From: Macrostomum hystrix
Taxonomy: Eukaryota > Animalia > Platyhelminthes
Direction: 5' to 3'
DNA: 64,000 nucleotides
Assembly: GCA_950097015.1 (NCBI GenBank)
Contig: CATNEN010000038.1
Location: forward strand, 9,424,001 to 9,488,000
Shown here: positions 24,601 to 36,160 of the stretch, piece by piece
Layout of the letters: every line of letters begins with the position of its first letter
Position numbering within the stretch: position 1 is the stretch's first letter
The notes under the pieces: generated by a model
The model's database searches: none
What the model was told of the DNA's origin: nothing
What the model saw: the letters and a program-made list of their open reading frames with translations, nothing else
Made by a program: the position numbers and the translations under genes

Positions 24601-25999
24601 CCGCTGAAGCAGTCAGTGGTTCGAATCCGGTGGTCTATCCGATCGGCGCTGTATTTCGCCATCGCAGGTTCGGCTACACCGGAGTTGTGCGCGGCTGGGA
24701 CCCCGCATGTCTGGCCGCTGAGCAGTGGATCCAGACCATGGGTGTGGACCGTCTGCCCAGGGGCCGCCACCAGCCCTTCTACCGGGTGTTGGTTGAGGAC
24801 GGCAGCGAGCGGTGAGTAGCTTTGGAGAAATGAGAAATTCAGACTGGCTGGCCATGTGGCTACCGGTTGATGGAATTTGAGATGGTAAAGTTGAATATGG
24901 AATTAATCTAAGTGATTTTGGTATATTTTATGGAACATGGGGAGAGACGATGTGAATTAGGACGATTTGATTCGATATGGGAAAATTTGATTGGGTATCG
25001 GACTAGATTTGACGAGATATGGGATTATTAGAGAGAAATGGGATATATTTTCGGCAATGGGAAGATTAGATTAAATTTTGAAATATTATAAATATTGATG
25101 GGTGTATGGAGGCTTTGATGGGATATGGGGAAATTGATTGGGTGTAGAAAAATGATCACTTACGCTGCTGAACGGAGACTCGTTAAACGAATTACTTCCT
25201 AAGCTGTAGGAAACTCCAATTCATGAGCATCCTGCTCAACAGACCTGTTGCCCGAATGAAGTCCAATGCCGACGCGGTCTGATTTTTGGGCTTGCATGGG
25301 TCGTATTTATAGCCGTTTTGGACCCCTCCCAGCCAGCCGGCGCACGCCATTGGTCGGCGCTCTGGCGCCTTCTCATTGGCTGCAAGGATTTTAGCAGGCG
25401 GAAAAGCCGTGGGCGTGCCAGAACTGCCATGGAAAAACCATGGAAATACCGACCAACAGTTCCGATACAGACACCTCAAGATTACAAACTAACTAGCTAA
25501 TTAACTAACGGAGCCTGATCTAGACCAAACAGCGGCGATTACTAACTAGTCAATAAGTGGGAACTAGATGCTGATAAGCTTAGTAACTAATGACTCACTT
25601 GAATCAAATGCGGGAATATTTTATGGGGTATGGTAAGCTCTTATTGGATGAGGGGTATGAAATATTGTATGAAATATGAGGATTTAATAGAGGAACAGAA
25701 TTTTGTGGTGAACTTTCAGCTACGTAGCCGAGGAGAACATCGACCTGATGACGGACTCTCCGGAGCACCGCTTCTCGCCCGTCACGCACTCGGAGGTTGG
25801 AAAATTCTTCGTTAGGCGCCACAATCTGGGCTGCGCCTACCTACCGCACCGGAGCCTGAGCGACCGCTACCCTCAGGACGCTGAACTGCTGCAGAGCATC
25901 GTCAGAGATCGGGAGGCTGTGGTGACTGCTACTGCTGCTACTGCTGCTGCTGCTGCTTTAGCAAGCGAAGAAGATGTACTGATGGCTGAATCTATTTGA
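18680..25999 (+). CDS. FBXO21: F-box only protein 21-like (F-box + transglutaminase-like/SirB1 + YccV/HspQ domain); exons 18680-19315, 21624-21748, 22533-22910, 23615-23858, 24411-24811, 25720-25999
   Basis: LLDLPSLALGQILLRL F-box; ENSYIDRAL..GAGLPI..VRPVNVPDHFM; IGAVFRHRRFGYTGVVRGWD...QPFYRVLVEDGSERYVAEEN YccV-like domain; frame closes (~687 aa). Start codon not identified. Confidence 0.88.
19691..20308. mobile_element. Non-autonomous hAT (Charlie/Buster-type) MITE with 8-bp TSD
   Basis: TIRs CAGGGGTCGGCAAACT ... AGTTTGCCGACCCCTG; perfect TSD ATCTAAAC at 19683-19690 and 20309-20316; subterminal GGCCCG motifs; internal pyrimidine-rich tandem repeat. Confidence 0.92.
20617..21462. repeat. Modular minisatellite (caatcaaacttcggcaggtaatcttccg and sub-units) in FBXO21 intron
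   Basis: Irregular tandem array of ~13-28-bp modules, with a duplicated block at ~20647/20835. Confidence 0.92.
22120..22393 (-). mobile_element. SINE family A copy
   Basis: Matches 13075-13366, with a small internal deletion. Confidence 0.85.
23025..23384 (-). mobile_element. SINE family B, near full-length
   Basis: Reverse complement of the 34225 and 38564 copies, with head and (att)n tail. Confidence 0.85.
23881..24030. repeat. 32-bp minisatellite (accattgctgtgtcactcctgagtactgctgt)
   Basis: About 4.5 tandem copies just after an FBXO21 donor site. Confidence 0.85.
24140..24330 (+). mobile_element. Diverged tRNA/CORE-like SINE
   Basis: gggagttcgattc B box followed by gtcctttgagcaggacacttaattccc...ccagctgataaatg. 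Confidence 0.6.
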
Positions 26000-26057
26000 C
26001 CGATGCCGCTTGCTCTACCTAATACGGTTATGAATTGTATTCACGATTAGAGACACC

Positions 26058-26553
26058 TGATGAGGCTGAGATCTCAGGTGGGTGAGAGATAAGGCTGAGA
26101 TCTCAGGTGGTTGGGTGAGAGATGAGGCTGAGATCTCAGGTGGTTGGGTGAGAGATGAGGCTGAGATCTCAGGTGGTTGGGTAAGAGATGAGGCTGAGAT
26201 CTCAGGTGGTTGGGTGAGAGATGAGGCTGAGATCTCAGGTGGTTGGGTAAGAGATGAGGCTGAGATCTCAGGTGGTTGGGTGAGAGATGAGGCTGAGATC
26301 TCAGGTGGTTGGGTAAGAGATGAGGCTGAGATCTCAGGTGGTTGGGTGAGAGATGAGGCTGAGATCTCAGGTGGTTGGGTAAGAGATGAGGCTGAGATCT
26401 CAGGTGGTTGGGTGAGAGATGAGGCTGAGATCTCAGGTGGTTGGGTGAGAGATGAGGCTGAGATCTCAGGTGGTTGGGTGAGAGATGAGGCTGAGATCTC
26501 AGGTGGTTGGGTGAGAGATGAGGCTGAGATCTCAGGTGGTTGGGTGAGAGATG
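26058..26553. repeat. 33-bp minisatellite (gatgaggctgagatctcaggtggttgggtgaga) downstream of the FBXO21 stop
   Basis: About 15 near-perfect copies. Confidence 0.96.
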
Positions 26554-27096
26554 ATGAGTTACACTATCGCATAGTCATCGCTTTCATTCTGTAATTAGTA
26601 TTTTATTCTGATATCACTAAATTTACTTCTGTATATTTACTCGATGTCTATGACACAAGAAGCAAATGTTCTTATTGTCACAATCAGTGCAAGTTATTCA
26701 ATATTTTTTTGCGCAATAAAAATACAACGCATGTTTACGGCCTTTTATCAGGCTCATTCGTTGATAGAAAATTGCAAATACATTAAGAAAAAGAATTGAA
26801 TCCAGATTTATATATTGGAGCTCTGTACAACAGTTAAATAGGGTTCTTTAGAGAGTTAACCATAATGAGGTCACCGAGGCACATATAGCGCGCTCAATAA
26901 AAATATCCCTGATGCGATAACGCGGAAATGCCTATCTCTGGTTGTTACCGTAGGTACTTGGGGCTTATAGCTAATAAGTATTAAATGTAACACATTTAGG
27001 TAGAACCTCTTTTGACAGCAATTTACTATAGAAAAACGTCCCTGACATCCCTGATGCATAATCTGGCGTTTTAGAGCCATCAGTAGCTTCAGGTAG

Positions 27097-29260
27097 CTAA
27101 TCATCGCCTCTGACCACCAGGTACTTCAGGTCGAAGCCGAGGTCCTCGGTTGACGTCTCCACGTCTCGCCCGGGTGTCGGGATTTTAATCCGAGCGATGG
27201 GCTTCACTGCGGGGCAGGTTATTTAGTGGTAAACAAATATACTCGCATTTGGAAATTGCATAAATTAGCTCTGAAACATTGCCTTTGCTTCTAGAGTGGA
27301 TTTGATCAATGCCAGCATGGTTTCGGGGAATGTCAGCCTGGATTTATCGAAATGCAGCATGGATTGAGGTAATGTAAGCTTATACGAGTATATTTGTGGA
27401 ATTTCAGCTTGGATTTAGGGGAATGTCAGCTTATGGATTTGAGGTAATTTTAGCTTGGATTTGAGGGGAATGTCAGCTTATGGATTTGAGGGAATTTTAG
27501 CTTGGATTTGAGGGGAATGTCAGCTTAAGGATTTGAGGTAATTTTAGCTTGGATTTGGGGGAATGTCAGCTTATGGATTTGAGGGGAATGTCAGCTTATA
27601 GATTTGAGGGAATGTCAGCTTATGGATTTGAGGGATTGTCAGCTTATGGATTTGAGGGAATGTCAGCTTATGGATTTGAGGGATTGTCAGCTTATGGATT
27701 TGAGGGATTGTCAGCTTATGGATTTGAGGGAATGTCAGCTTATGAATTTGAGGTAATTTTAGCTTGGATTTGGGGGGATGTCAGCTTATGGATTTGAGGG
27801 AATGTCAGCTTATGGATTTGAGGGAATGTCAGCTTATGAATTTGAGGTAATTTTAGCTTGGATTTGGGGGAATGTCAGCTTATGGATTTGAGGGAATTTT
27901 AGCTTGGATTTGGGGGAATGTCAGCTTATGGATTTGAGGGATTGTCAGCTTATGGATTTGAGGGATTGTCAGCTTATGGATTTGAGGGAATGTCAGCTTA
28001 TGAATTTGAGGGAATTTTAGCTTGGATTTGGGGGGATGTCAGCTTATGGATTTGAGGGAATGTCAGCTTATGGATTTGAGGGAATGTCAGCTTATGAATT
28101 TGAGGTAATTTTAGCTTGGATTTGGGGGAATGTCAGCTTATGGATTTGAGGTAATTTTAGCTTGGATTTGGGGGAATGTCAGCTTATGGATTTGAGGGAA
28201 TTTTAGCTTGGATTTGGGGGAATGTCAGCTTATGGATTTGAGGGAATGTCAGCTTATGGATTTGAGGGAATATTAGCTTGGATTTGAGGGAATTTTAGCT
28301 TGGATTTGAGGGAATTTTAGCTTGGATTTGAGGGAATTTTAGCTTGGATTTGAGGGAATTTTAGCTTGGATTTGGGGGAATGCCAGCATGGATTTGGGGT
28401 AATGTTGGTTGTTGGTACCGTAAGCTGCCCTCAGCCCAGCTGCTCACCATAGGGCTGAATCATCAGCGCCTCTTCAATGAGCTTCGCCCGCACCAGTTCA
28501 ATGTAGAGCGCCTTGACTCCGCCGCGACGGCAGCTCCAGTCTTGGAGGAGGCTGCGAGAGAATGACAAGCCGTGGCGCTCGAACTGACGGAATTGAGATC
28601 GCTCGTAGCCTAGGGCGCGGGCTGATTGGGTGGGTAAGGGTGTTTTAGGCTCTCTTGTAACAGCTCGCAGCTGCAGCGGGGGCTACTGCAGTGCATGAAT
28701 AGACACTAAATAGTAATGATGTACAGCCGAAAGCACGGCTAAGGCTGCACACGGCTGTTCAGTCCATGGACGCCACAGCCACCCTCAATTACCCCAGCTA
28801 ATACACAGAATTAAGTGTCTTGCTAATTAAAGGACATCAATTGTTCTAGTCAATTCAGGAGTCGAGCTACCGACCTCCATGTCGCGACTCTAACCACTGC
28901 GCTACAACCCGCAACTAATTAGTTTAGCACACTAATTAGACACAAGGGCACTATAGTCATTAATATGAAAGATAAAGTATAAAATATGATAATTAAAGAA
29001 TGGAGGTTTTGCAACCGCCTCTTGCACCAGGTTCCTGAGCTCGAATCTGGATACGAACCCAGAGCCGCTGGTGCAAGAGTAGTGAGTATATGACTGAGGT
29101 GTATGTCCTGACAGCTGGCAGACTCACCTAGTTTATCCTTCTTGTCCTCGCTGTCCAAAGACTTGCACAGCTTGTTCATTAGGTTCAGTGGTATCTCATG
29201 GATCTGCTCAGGGTACGGGTTGCCGTACAGGCTCATGTTGCGGCAGGTAACGCTGGACAT
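27097..29260 (-). CDS. Death-domain-only protein, Pelle/IRAK/Tube-type DD (exons 29260-29128, 28621-28448, 27206-27097; 138 aa)
   Basis: Spliced product IHEIPLNLMNKLCKSLD..KLARALGYERSQFRQFE..SFSRSLLQDWSCRRGGVKALYIELVRAKLIEEALMIQPYV fits the six-helix DD pattern; canonical GTGAG donors, phase 1-1; frame closes at TAG. Confidence 0.75.
27400..28398. repeat. ~22-24-bp minisatellite (ggatttgagggaatgtcagcttat / ggatttgagggaattttagctt) in the DD-gene intron
   Basis: Two interleaved unit variants. Confidence 0.93.
28715..28910 (-). mobile_element. SINE family A, decayed copy
   Basis: gctgttcagtccatggac and ttaagtgtcttgct..aaaggaca motifs. Confidence 0.7.
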
Positions 29261-29991
29261 GACTGTCTCTCGATGAGAAGCTGCAGTGGTCGTTCCGTTT
29301 GTTTTGTTTTCGTTCGGCTTAGTTCACTGTATTACACGGCCCTTTATATTAATCTTGCTGCGAGTGCTGGTTTCAGAGGCAGGCGCGACTGCAGCAGCGT
29401 GTATTGCAGACTTTCATTTAGTTACTTGCCTCTTTACTTTACTTTTGTTTAATTCCATTATTCGCCGCTGGACGAAAAGTGCCTTCACGCAAGGCTTTTA
29501 ATAGTTAGCAGCTGCCCCCCACTGCTTGTCCATCTGAAACTACACCAATAGCTCCGCTGAGCTGCAATTATTCCATTTGGCTGTCCTAAGAAAACTATAC
29601 TTGACAGGCTGGGTGACTCAAGAAACCCCGCCTCGACCAAAGAAGTAAGTTCTAGAATTGCTGATGCTTTCAGATAGGTTCTTTCCTTTTTTGTCTATCC
29701 GCTGCTGTAGCTGCCGCAGGTTGGCGAGCAAACAGCCCTCTAAAATAGACAAATAGGTGTGTTTAAATGCGTATATACGTCACAATGCGAGTCCAGTTCA
29801 AGCCTCTACAAGTGCATTGTGCTGCTTCTTATCAGTTTCTGTTGTTTTGTGTTTGTTCTGTTTTCTCTGTTCTCAATGTATCAATATATTCTGTTGATAT
29901 ATTCTGTCTTCAAGTCTTACATAAATATCAAATAAATTCAGATATTGAATTAAATGCTCGAGTGCAAACAAATTGTACACATTCAAGCTAC

Positions 29992-31170
29992 AATTAGCCT
30001 AGAATTAGTCTAGATTTAGGCTAGAATTAGGCTAGAATTGATCTAGAATTAGGCTAGAATTGATCTAGGATTAGACTAGAATTAGTCTAGATTTAGGATA
30101 GAATTAGGATAGAATTGATCTAGAATTGATCTAGAATTAGGCTAGAATTGGCTAGAATTAGGCTAGAATTATTCTAGGATTAGTCTAGACTTAGGCTAGA
30201 ATTAGGTTAGAATTTATCTAGAATTAGGCTAGAATTAGGCTAGAATTAGTCTAGGATTAGTCTAGAATTAGGCTAGAATTTATCTAGAATTAGTCTAGAA
30301 TTAGTCTAGATTTAGGCTAGAATTAGTCTAGAATTAGTCTAGAATTAGTCTAGATTTAGGCTAGAATTTATCTAGAATTAGTCTAGAATTAGTCTAGATT
30401 TAGGCTAGAATTAGTCTAGAATTAGTCTAGAATTAGTCTAGATTTAGTCTAGAATTAGTCTAGAATTAGGCTAGAATTTATCTAGAATTAGTCTAGAATT
30501 AGTCTAGATTTAGGCTAGAATTAGTCTAGAATTAGTCTAGATTTAGTCTAGATTTAGTCTAGAATTAGTCTAGATTTAGGCTAGAATTAGTCTAGATTTA
30601 GTCTAGAATTAGTCTAGATTTAGGCTAGAATTAGTCTAGAATTAGTCTAGATTTAGTCTAGATTTAGTCTAGAATTAGTCTAGATTTAGGCTAGAATTTA
30701 TCTAGAATTAGTCTAGAATTAGTCTAGATTTAGGCTAGAATTAGTCTAGAATTAGTCTAGATTTAGGCTAGAATTAGTCTAGAATTAGTCTAGATTTAGT
30801 CTAGATTTAGTCTAGAATTAGTCTAGATTTAGGCTAGAATTAGTCTAGATTTAGTCTAGAATTAGTCTAGATTTAGGCTAGAATTAGTCTAGAATTAGTC
30901 TAGAATTAGTCTAGATTTAGTCTAGAATTAGTCTAGATTTAGGCTAGAATTAGTCTAGAATTAGTCTAGATTTAGGCTAGAATTAGGCTAGAATTAGTCT
31001 AGAATTAGTCTAGATTTAGTCTAGAATTAGTCTAGATTTAGGCTAGAATTAGGCTAGAATTGGCTAGAATTAGTCTAGAATTAGTCTAGATTTAGGCTAG
31101 AATTAGTCTAGAATTAGTCTAGATTTAGGCTAGAATTAGGCTAGAATTGGCTAGAATTAGTCTAGTCTAA
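29992..31170. repeat. 11-bp satellite (ctagaattagt and variants)
   Basis: About 105 units, dense TCTAGA sites. Confidence 0.96.
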
Positions 31171-31747
31171 TTAGTCTAACTGGATTGTCAATGCTTGCTC
31201 CAAAAGCAAGAGTTGTCAACTGTGAGCCCTTAATTACTAATCATTTCGACAGGAACGGATTTGCTGCGCAAGTTGTTTGGAAGACGTGTTTTAAAGGAAT
31301 TTCTCGGAAATCGAAAGAATGTGTAAGTTTTTCTTCATTAATCCTATTCGAGTTGATGTCTCAAAAAAGTCGTTTTTCTGCACTACCTTTAAGCACAGTG
31401 AAAACAGACAGACACAAGCGGTGGGTTTAGCTCAATTCTAAATTCAGAGCTGCATGTCTGGCCTGCAATAAATATTCAGTATGTGCAGTAAATGAATGAA
31501 TATATTATTCGAAAATGACGGTCTTCTCGGCTTTGTGTGCAGTTATTATTGTTTTCTCTGGATGTTCGAGGGGAAGTCAAAAAGTAATGATAATTTTTCT
31601 CTTGCACAAAGCAGAAAATATATTTTGGACCCAGACATTTTTCATTGGCAAAAGTATATTTTTGTTTTTATTTTAATAATTTTTCGTTCTGTTTGGATGT
31701 ACAGATCAACCTTGGCAGAAGAACAAACGCAGTACCCCGTTTCAGCA

Positions 31748-32025
31748 ATGGAAAATTAAAAAATAGAAGTGTGATCCAAGGTGACATTTTTAACGTGCTT
31801 GGGTTGGATGCCGGCTGCTACGACCCGAATCCTCGAGGCTTTACAGAGGGCGGGGATGCTGCTATACCGAATCCCACCGTTTATCGGTGGATCCAGGAGT
31901 TTTAGCCTGGTCGTGAGACCATTGAAGGCGCTGACCGCAGTGGACGACCGAGCACAGCTTCCCATGGAAGTGTGCATTCGATCCTGACAGAAGGATCTGG
32001 GCTTCAGCAAGCTGAGTGCGCTATC
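31748..32025 (+). mobile_element. Decayed Tc1/mariner transposase N-terminal fragment
   Basis: Broken frames give TVYRWIQEF*PGRETIEGADRSGRPSTA, SVHSILT and DLGFSKLSA, the mariner HTH/SGRP region preceding the WVP motif; stops, frameshifts and internal deletion present. Confidence 0.7.
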
Positions 32026-32477
32026 TGTAAACAACTCAAACTCAAACAACTCAACTTAAAATAAAATGAAAAACTGCCTACTGCCGTGTGTAGCGCAGCG
32101 CGCATGCATCTCCTAGTTTGGTGGCAGTCTTCGAAGAGGTCTAGGCTCTGGTCAGAGAGATGCGGAAAGGCTACAGGCGAGCGGAGAAAGATCTCAGGCA
32201 GGCGCCACCACCCAGTGCTAGTGCAATTACCCAGGGCAATTGCTGCAACTTCCGCTTTAGACAGGACTTTAACCCGCGAATGGTGCCAATGTGGTACTAA
32301 GAACACGAAAGAGAACCGTAGCCATAATCCTACTCGCAATGCACTTTTATTATATATAAAACTGTAACCTACACATTAAGCAACTGACACGCCCATTCTG
32401 TGTGAGTGAAGAAAATCTGTGGTGTGGAGAGATTGAGCAGAACAACTGGCTAAGTGATGATGCAAGCGGTGAAACAC

Positions 32478-33615
32478 GATGATGCAATCACTCTCACTTG
32501 GTCTTCTTGGTCTTCTTGGTCTTCTTGGTTTTCTTGGCAGCTGCTAATCGATCCGGTCTGTTGCGCTTGACTTTGTCTGTTGGCTAACAAAGGACGAGAG
32601 AGAATCAGATTACTTGTCGGTTTTCCTTGAGCTCGAAATTCACAATTCACAATCTGATTCCATTTCGACTCCCCTTGCAAAAGGCGATTTGGAATACTGC
32701 TCCGCATCTCAGAGTGTGCAAGCTGATGACACCGTGAAGGAAATCGCCAGCCACTTTGCTGCCGGTTCTTTAGCCTATCGCAACAACATGCGCTGCTCCT
32801 GGAACATTCGGGCACGGTCTGGCTGGATGGTAGCGGCCTGGTTCACCTACGTGGACTTGGAGAGTTGCTGAGACTCTTTGTCTCTGCTGAATGGTGCCAG
32901 AGGTACTACAATCACCACCGTTGGACAACAAATGTCACGGATGTTCAACTCGCCCTGATACGTGTCGGAATCGAACTCCATGACAGTCCGATTCTACAGC
33001 GACCATTTGGTGACAGGACTATGATTCCGACTCCAGTTCAGAGCGGTCAGAAGAGGTTAGTGCTCGCTCTATGAAAATGAGGCATTATGAAAATGAACCG
33101 AAAATCGACATTTGCTTTGATAAGACGACTCGTTTCGAACGACAATGTGCATGTTAACGTTTAAGCGTATCTTCTGAGCTAGATAGTTTGGTAAATATAA
33201 TGAATAATGGATGAAAGTTTAGATCCAGGATCTCGCTTGCTTACTTGAGACATGAGAAATAATACATTGTTTATCATTAGCAACAAACTTTATGCGTTCA
33301 TAATTGGAATATATACATTGATAATAGAAGTTACAGACATGAAGAGGCAGATGGTAGAGAAATTTCCTTCATCGCAAAGTAAAAGTACTCAGTGTTTTAG
33401 TTAATATTTTGTGTTTTTCTCCGTTTCCAGTGTGGCGGAAAAATATTTCCTCCTGGTCAAGATTCTATCAATCATCATAGGGATTGTGTCTTTGGCTGCC
33501 ATAGTTTTGGTCGGATGGCAGATTATAAAGGTGCTTTTTAAGAGTTGAAAATAATCTGCTTTTTATGTTACAAACTCGACTTCAATTAGATAACAAGAAA
33601 CTTCTTGACGTTCTA
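32478..33615 (+). pseudogene. Disrupted CUB-domain/TM gene (leader-like exon ~32478-32555, partial CUB ~32685-32930 with in-frame TGA, TM exon ~33431-33530)
   Basis: EIASH..YRNNMRCSWNI..GWMVAAWFTYVDLESC*DSLSLLNG resembles the neighbouring CUB exons; TM exon LVKILSIIIGIVSLAAIVLVGW. Confidence 0.65.
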
Positions 33616-34224
33616 AAGAAGACGACGGAATGCTCAAATAAGCAAGATTATTTTAAGGTACGTTGGTGTTTTCTTTATCTTCATCTGAGCGGTCCTGGTC
33701 TTTGTGCACTTTGTGAACTTTAGACAAAGTCACAGCACATGTACACCACTGTTGTACACCATGTACACCACTACATGTACACATGTGCCAGCGTAGTATC
33801 ATATATATCATTATATCATTATAGTATTACAGGAATATTTATTGGGGGAGTTATACTTTTCCCTCTCCGCCTAGCAATCGATGCATGCTCCACTTTTATC
33901 GCACTCTAATTAAGCAGAGTTCCGAGAATCTGATCAAAGACGCCAACCTGAAAAAGGAAAATGTGAGAAAAACTAATTCGCTTGATCAAGCACTGGTTAA
34001 TTGGTTTGCCAACAATTTGTTATTTGATGCAATATGTTTTTAACGTAGTACGCAGTACATTTTTTGCAGAAGTTGAAACTTTTATTTCGAAAATGACAAT
34101 CGAAAATAAATTAAGAACAGTATCGACACAAATCGACACCCACCAAAAGCATGCGTCTTATTATTGATAACGACACGAAAAGATAATAAGTCTGCAGAGG
34201 CTTCGGTATTTTTGCTAAAAGTGA

Positions 34225-34580
34225 GGGATGAGTGGCAGAGCTGTCAACGCGATTGTCTCTCGCTAAGCTCCCTAAGCTCGATTACGTGGCGAGGCCACAT
34301 GTTTTGGGGCGCAGCCGCCGAGAGAAGGCATGGGGGCTTGTCGTGCAATTTATGCACTTAAGGGTCAACCTCCAAGGCACAGTGAGTGTACACTGCCTGA
34401 CGATGAGAAAGTCAGGGCAGATGACTACACTATAGTGTGAGTGTGTGCCTGCGTACCGTATCTGTGTGCGTGTGTGCTCAGGAGTCAGCGAAATGGGCAG
34501 AATTGCCTCCTCGCGCTGGCAGCAGGTCTAGTGTCACCAAATGATGTGCCACTGCCAACAGCCCTCCTGCAAATTATTAT
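34225..34580 (+). mobile_element. SINE family B copy
   Basis: Full head-body-tail match to other family B copies. Confidence 0.85.
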
Positions 34581-35659
34581 TTTTTTTTCTTTTTTTATTT
34601 TTATTATGGCAAAGACAAGATTTTTCATTAAAGTACGGTAAAGTAAGTATGCTGCTTGCCCTCTCTATATACAAAACTTAAATGAGAACTGTAACGAGTG
34701 AAAATCAAACCAATGTAAAGCTGCAAATAACATTGTATATCTTTCAGGTTTGTCCTTGTAGTATAGAAAATTCACTTGGTTGAACAGCTACCCATTCGTT
34801 GTAGATGAACATGTGACGATTAAAATACGAAGACCGAGTCAGAGCGGTGGCGATTGTAATTTAACGGCAACTTAGAGTCAGTAATGTCTGTAGTGTAGCG
34901 GTAGCACTTTTATTCTGGATGCACTGGGACGTCGACAAGCAGGGCGTTATGTAAGGCGTTGAAGCTCGTTAATGGTAAGTGTTAGACAGAACAGAACCGA
35001 ATGGAGCGGAGTGTGGTGAGAGAATGGCACAGTACGAAAACGGAGAAGGGCGAGAGTGAGAATGCTAATGAGGAGGAAAGGAACAGAATGTGAGGCGCGA
35101 GCGGGCCTAAAGCCCTCAGTTAAGTTAGGCTAACTGCAAAACATAGCGATCGATAACTCCGGCCAGACAGAGCTCGCACGCTCATTGGCCGGGGGGGAAA
35201 TACATTAAGATACGCGTAGGAAATTGCTAGAATGGCGCGATATGCGTTTACGGTTACTAACAGTAGTGCCCTAATCATTTGACTTAATTATGTGAACTAA
35301 CAGAAGTGGATGACATTACACGATGAGTTAAAACGGCCCAAGTTAGTACATAATTAGGAATTCGCAAATTAAGCATGTAATCAACGCATAGAGTAAATTC
35401 GCAGGGGCGCCTACAACAAGTGACAACGTCACAAACATACATAAGCTCATAAGTTTAAGCTGTACGAGTGAATCTGACGGCCTGACGTTTGTAGCCGTTT
35501 GACGTTTTGACGTGACGTTTGACGATAATGTGCGTATACTTCAATAGTGGTAGTGTAGTGTCGGCATGTTTTTATAATGCGTATATTTCTACTTGTAGTA
35601 ACTTATTCGCGCACGTCAATATTATGAATTATTTTAATGTATCTGATAGGTTAGTTGTT

Positions 35660-36160
35660 TGTACATGCGCACCCCAGCCAGGCCTCACGCGACCGGCCGG
35701 TCACCCCTGCTCTACAGCCAAGGCATCAGACTAGCCCTGGTCTGGTGGGCCCAACCAATGGGAGGACGGCTAGCCGATTGAAGTGAACCGACTTAAGTGC
35801 GACACCCCGAGCCGGGCCAATCAGCAGCCGGTTCGTTAACCGGCAGGGTCGACCTGGCAGAAGAACAAGCGGCGCGGCCGGCACCCAGGCTTTGATGAGG
35901 GCTGGGGCGGGCGCTTGACTATAAAACTGACTATTGCGCTGAAATATTGTTCTCATGTGATTCTGGTCTCGCGTTCGACCTTGCTCTTGCTCTTGATCTT
36001 GATATTGTTCTCATTCGTGTTACGCATCCTAGTAAATAGATACCGGGACAGGTAAACCGGTCCAACTAGTTAGTCAAAGAAAACCCCCACACTCAACCCC
36101 ACGTCAGTAAGTAGCTTGCGCTGAGCTCGGTACGTCTGGCCAACTGCTGACGGAGTGTTA
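35660..36160 (+). mobile_element. Probable LTR of a retroelement plus PBS-like sequence
   Basis: TGTAC start (35660) and GTACG end (36134), CCAAT boxes, GGGGCGGG box, TATAAAA (~35920), AGTAAA, then TGG-initiated PBS-like tract 2 nt downstream; no second LTR or gag/pol seen. Confidence 0.5.

Noticed and set aside
26082-26594. 170-aa (RDEAEISGGWV)n ORF
   Set aside because: Translation of a 33-bp tandem repeat just after the FBXO21 stop; no ATG or splice support.
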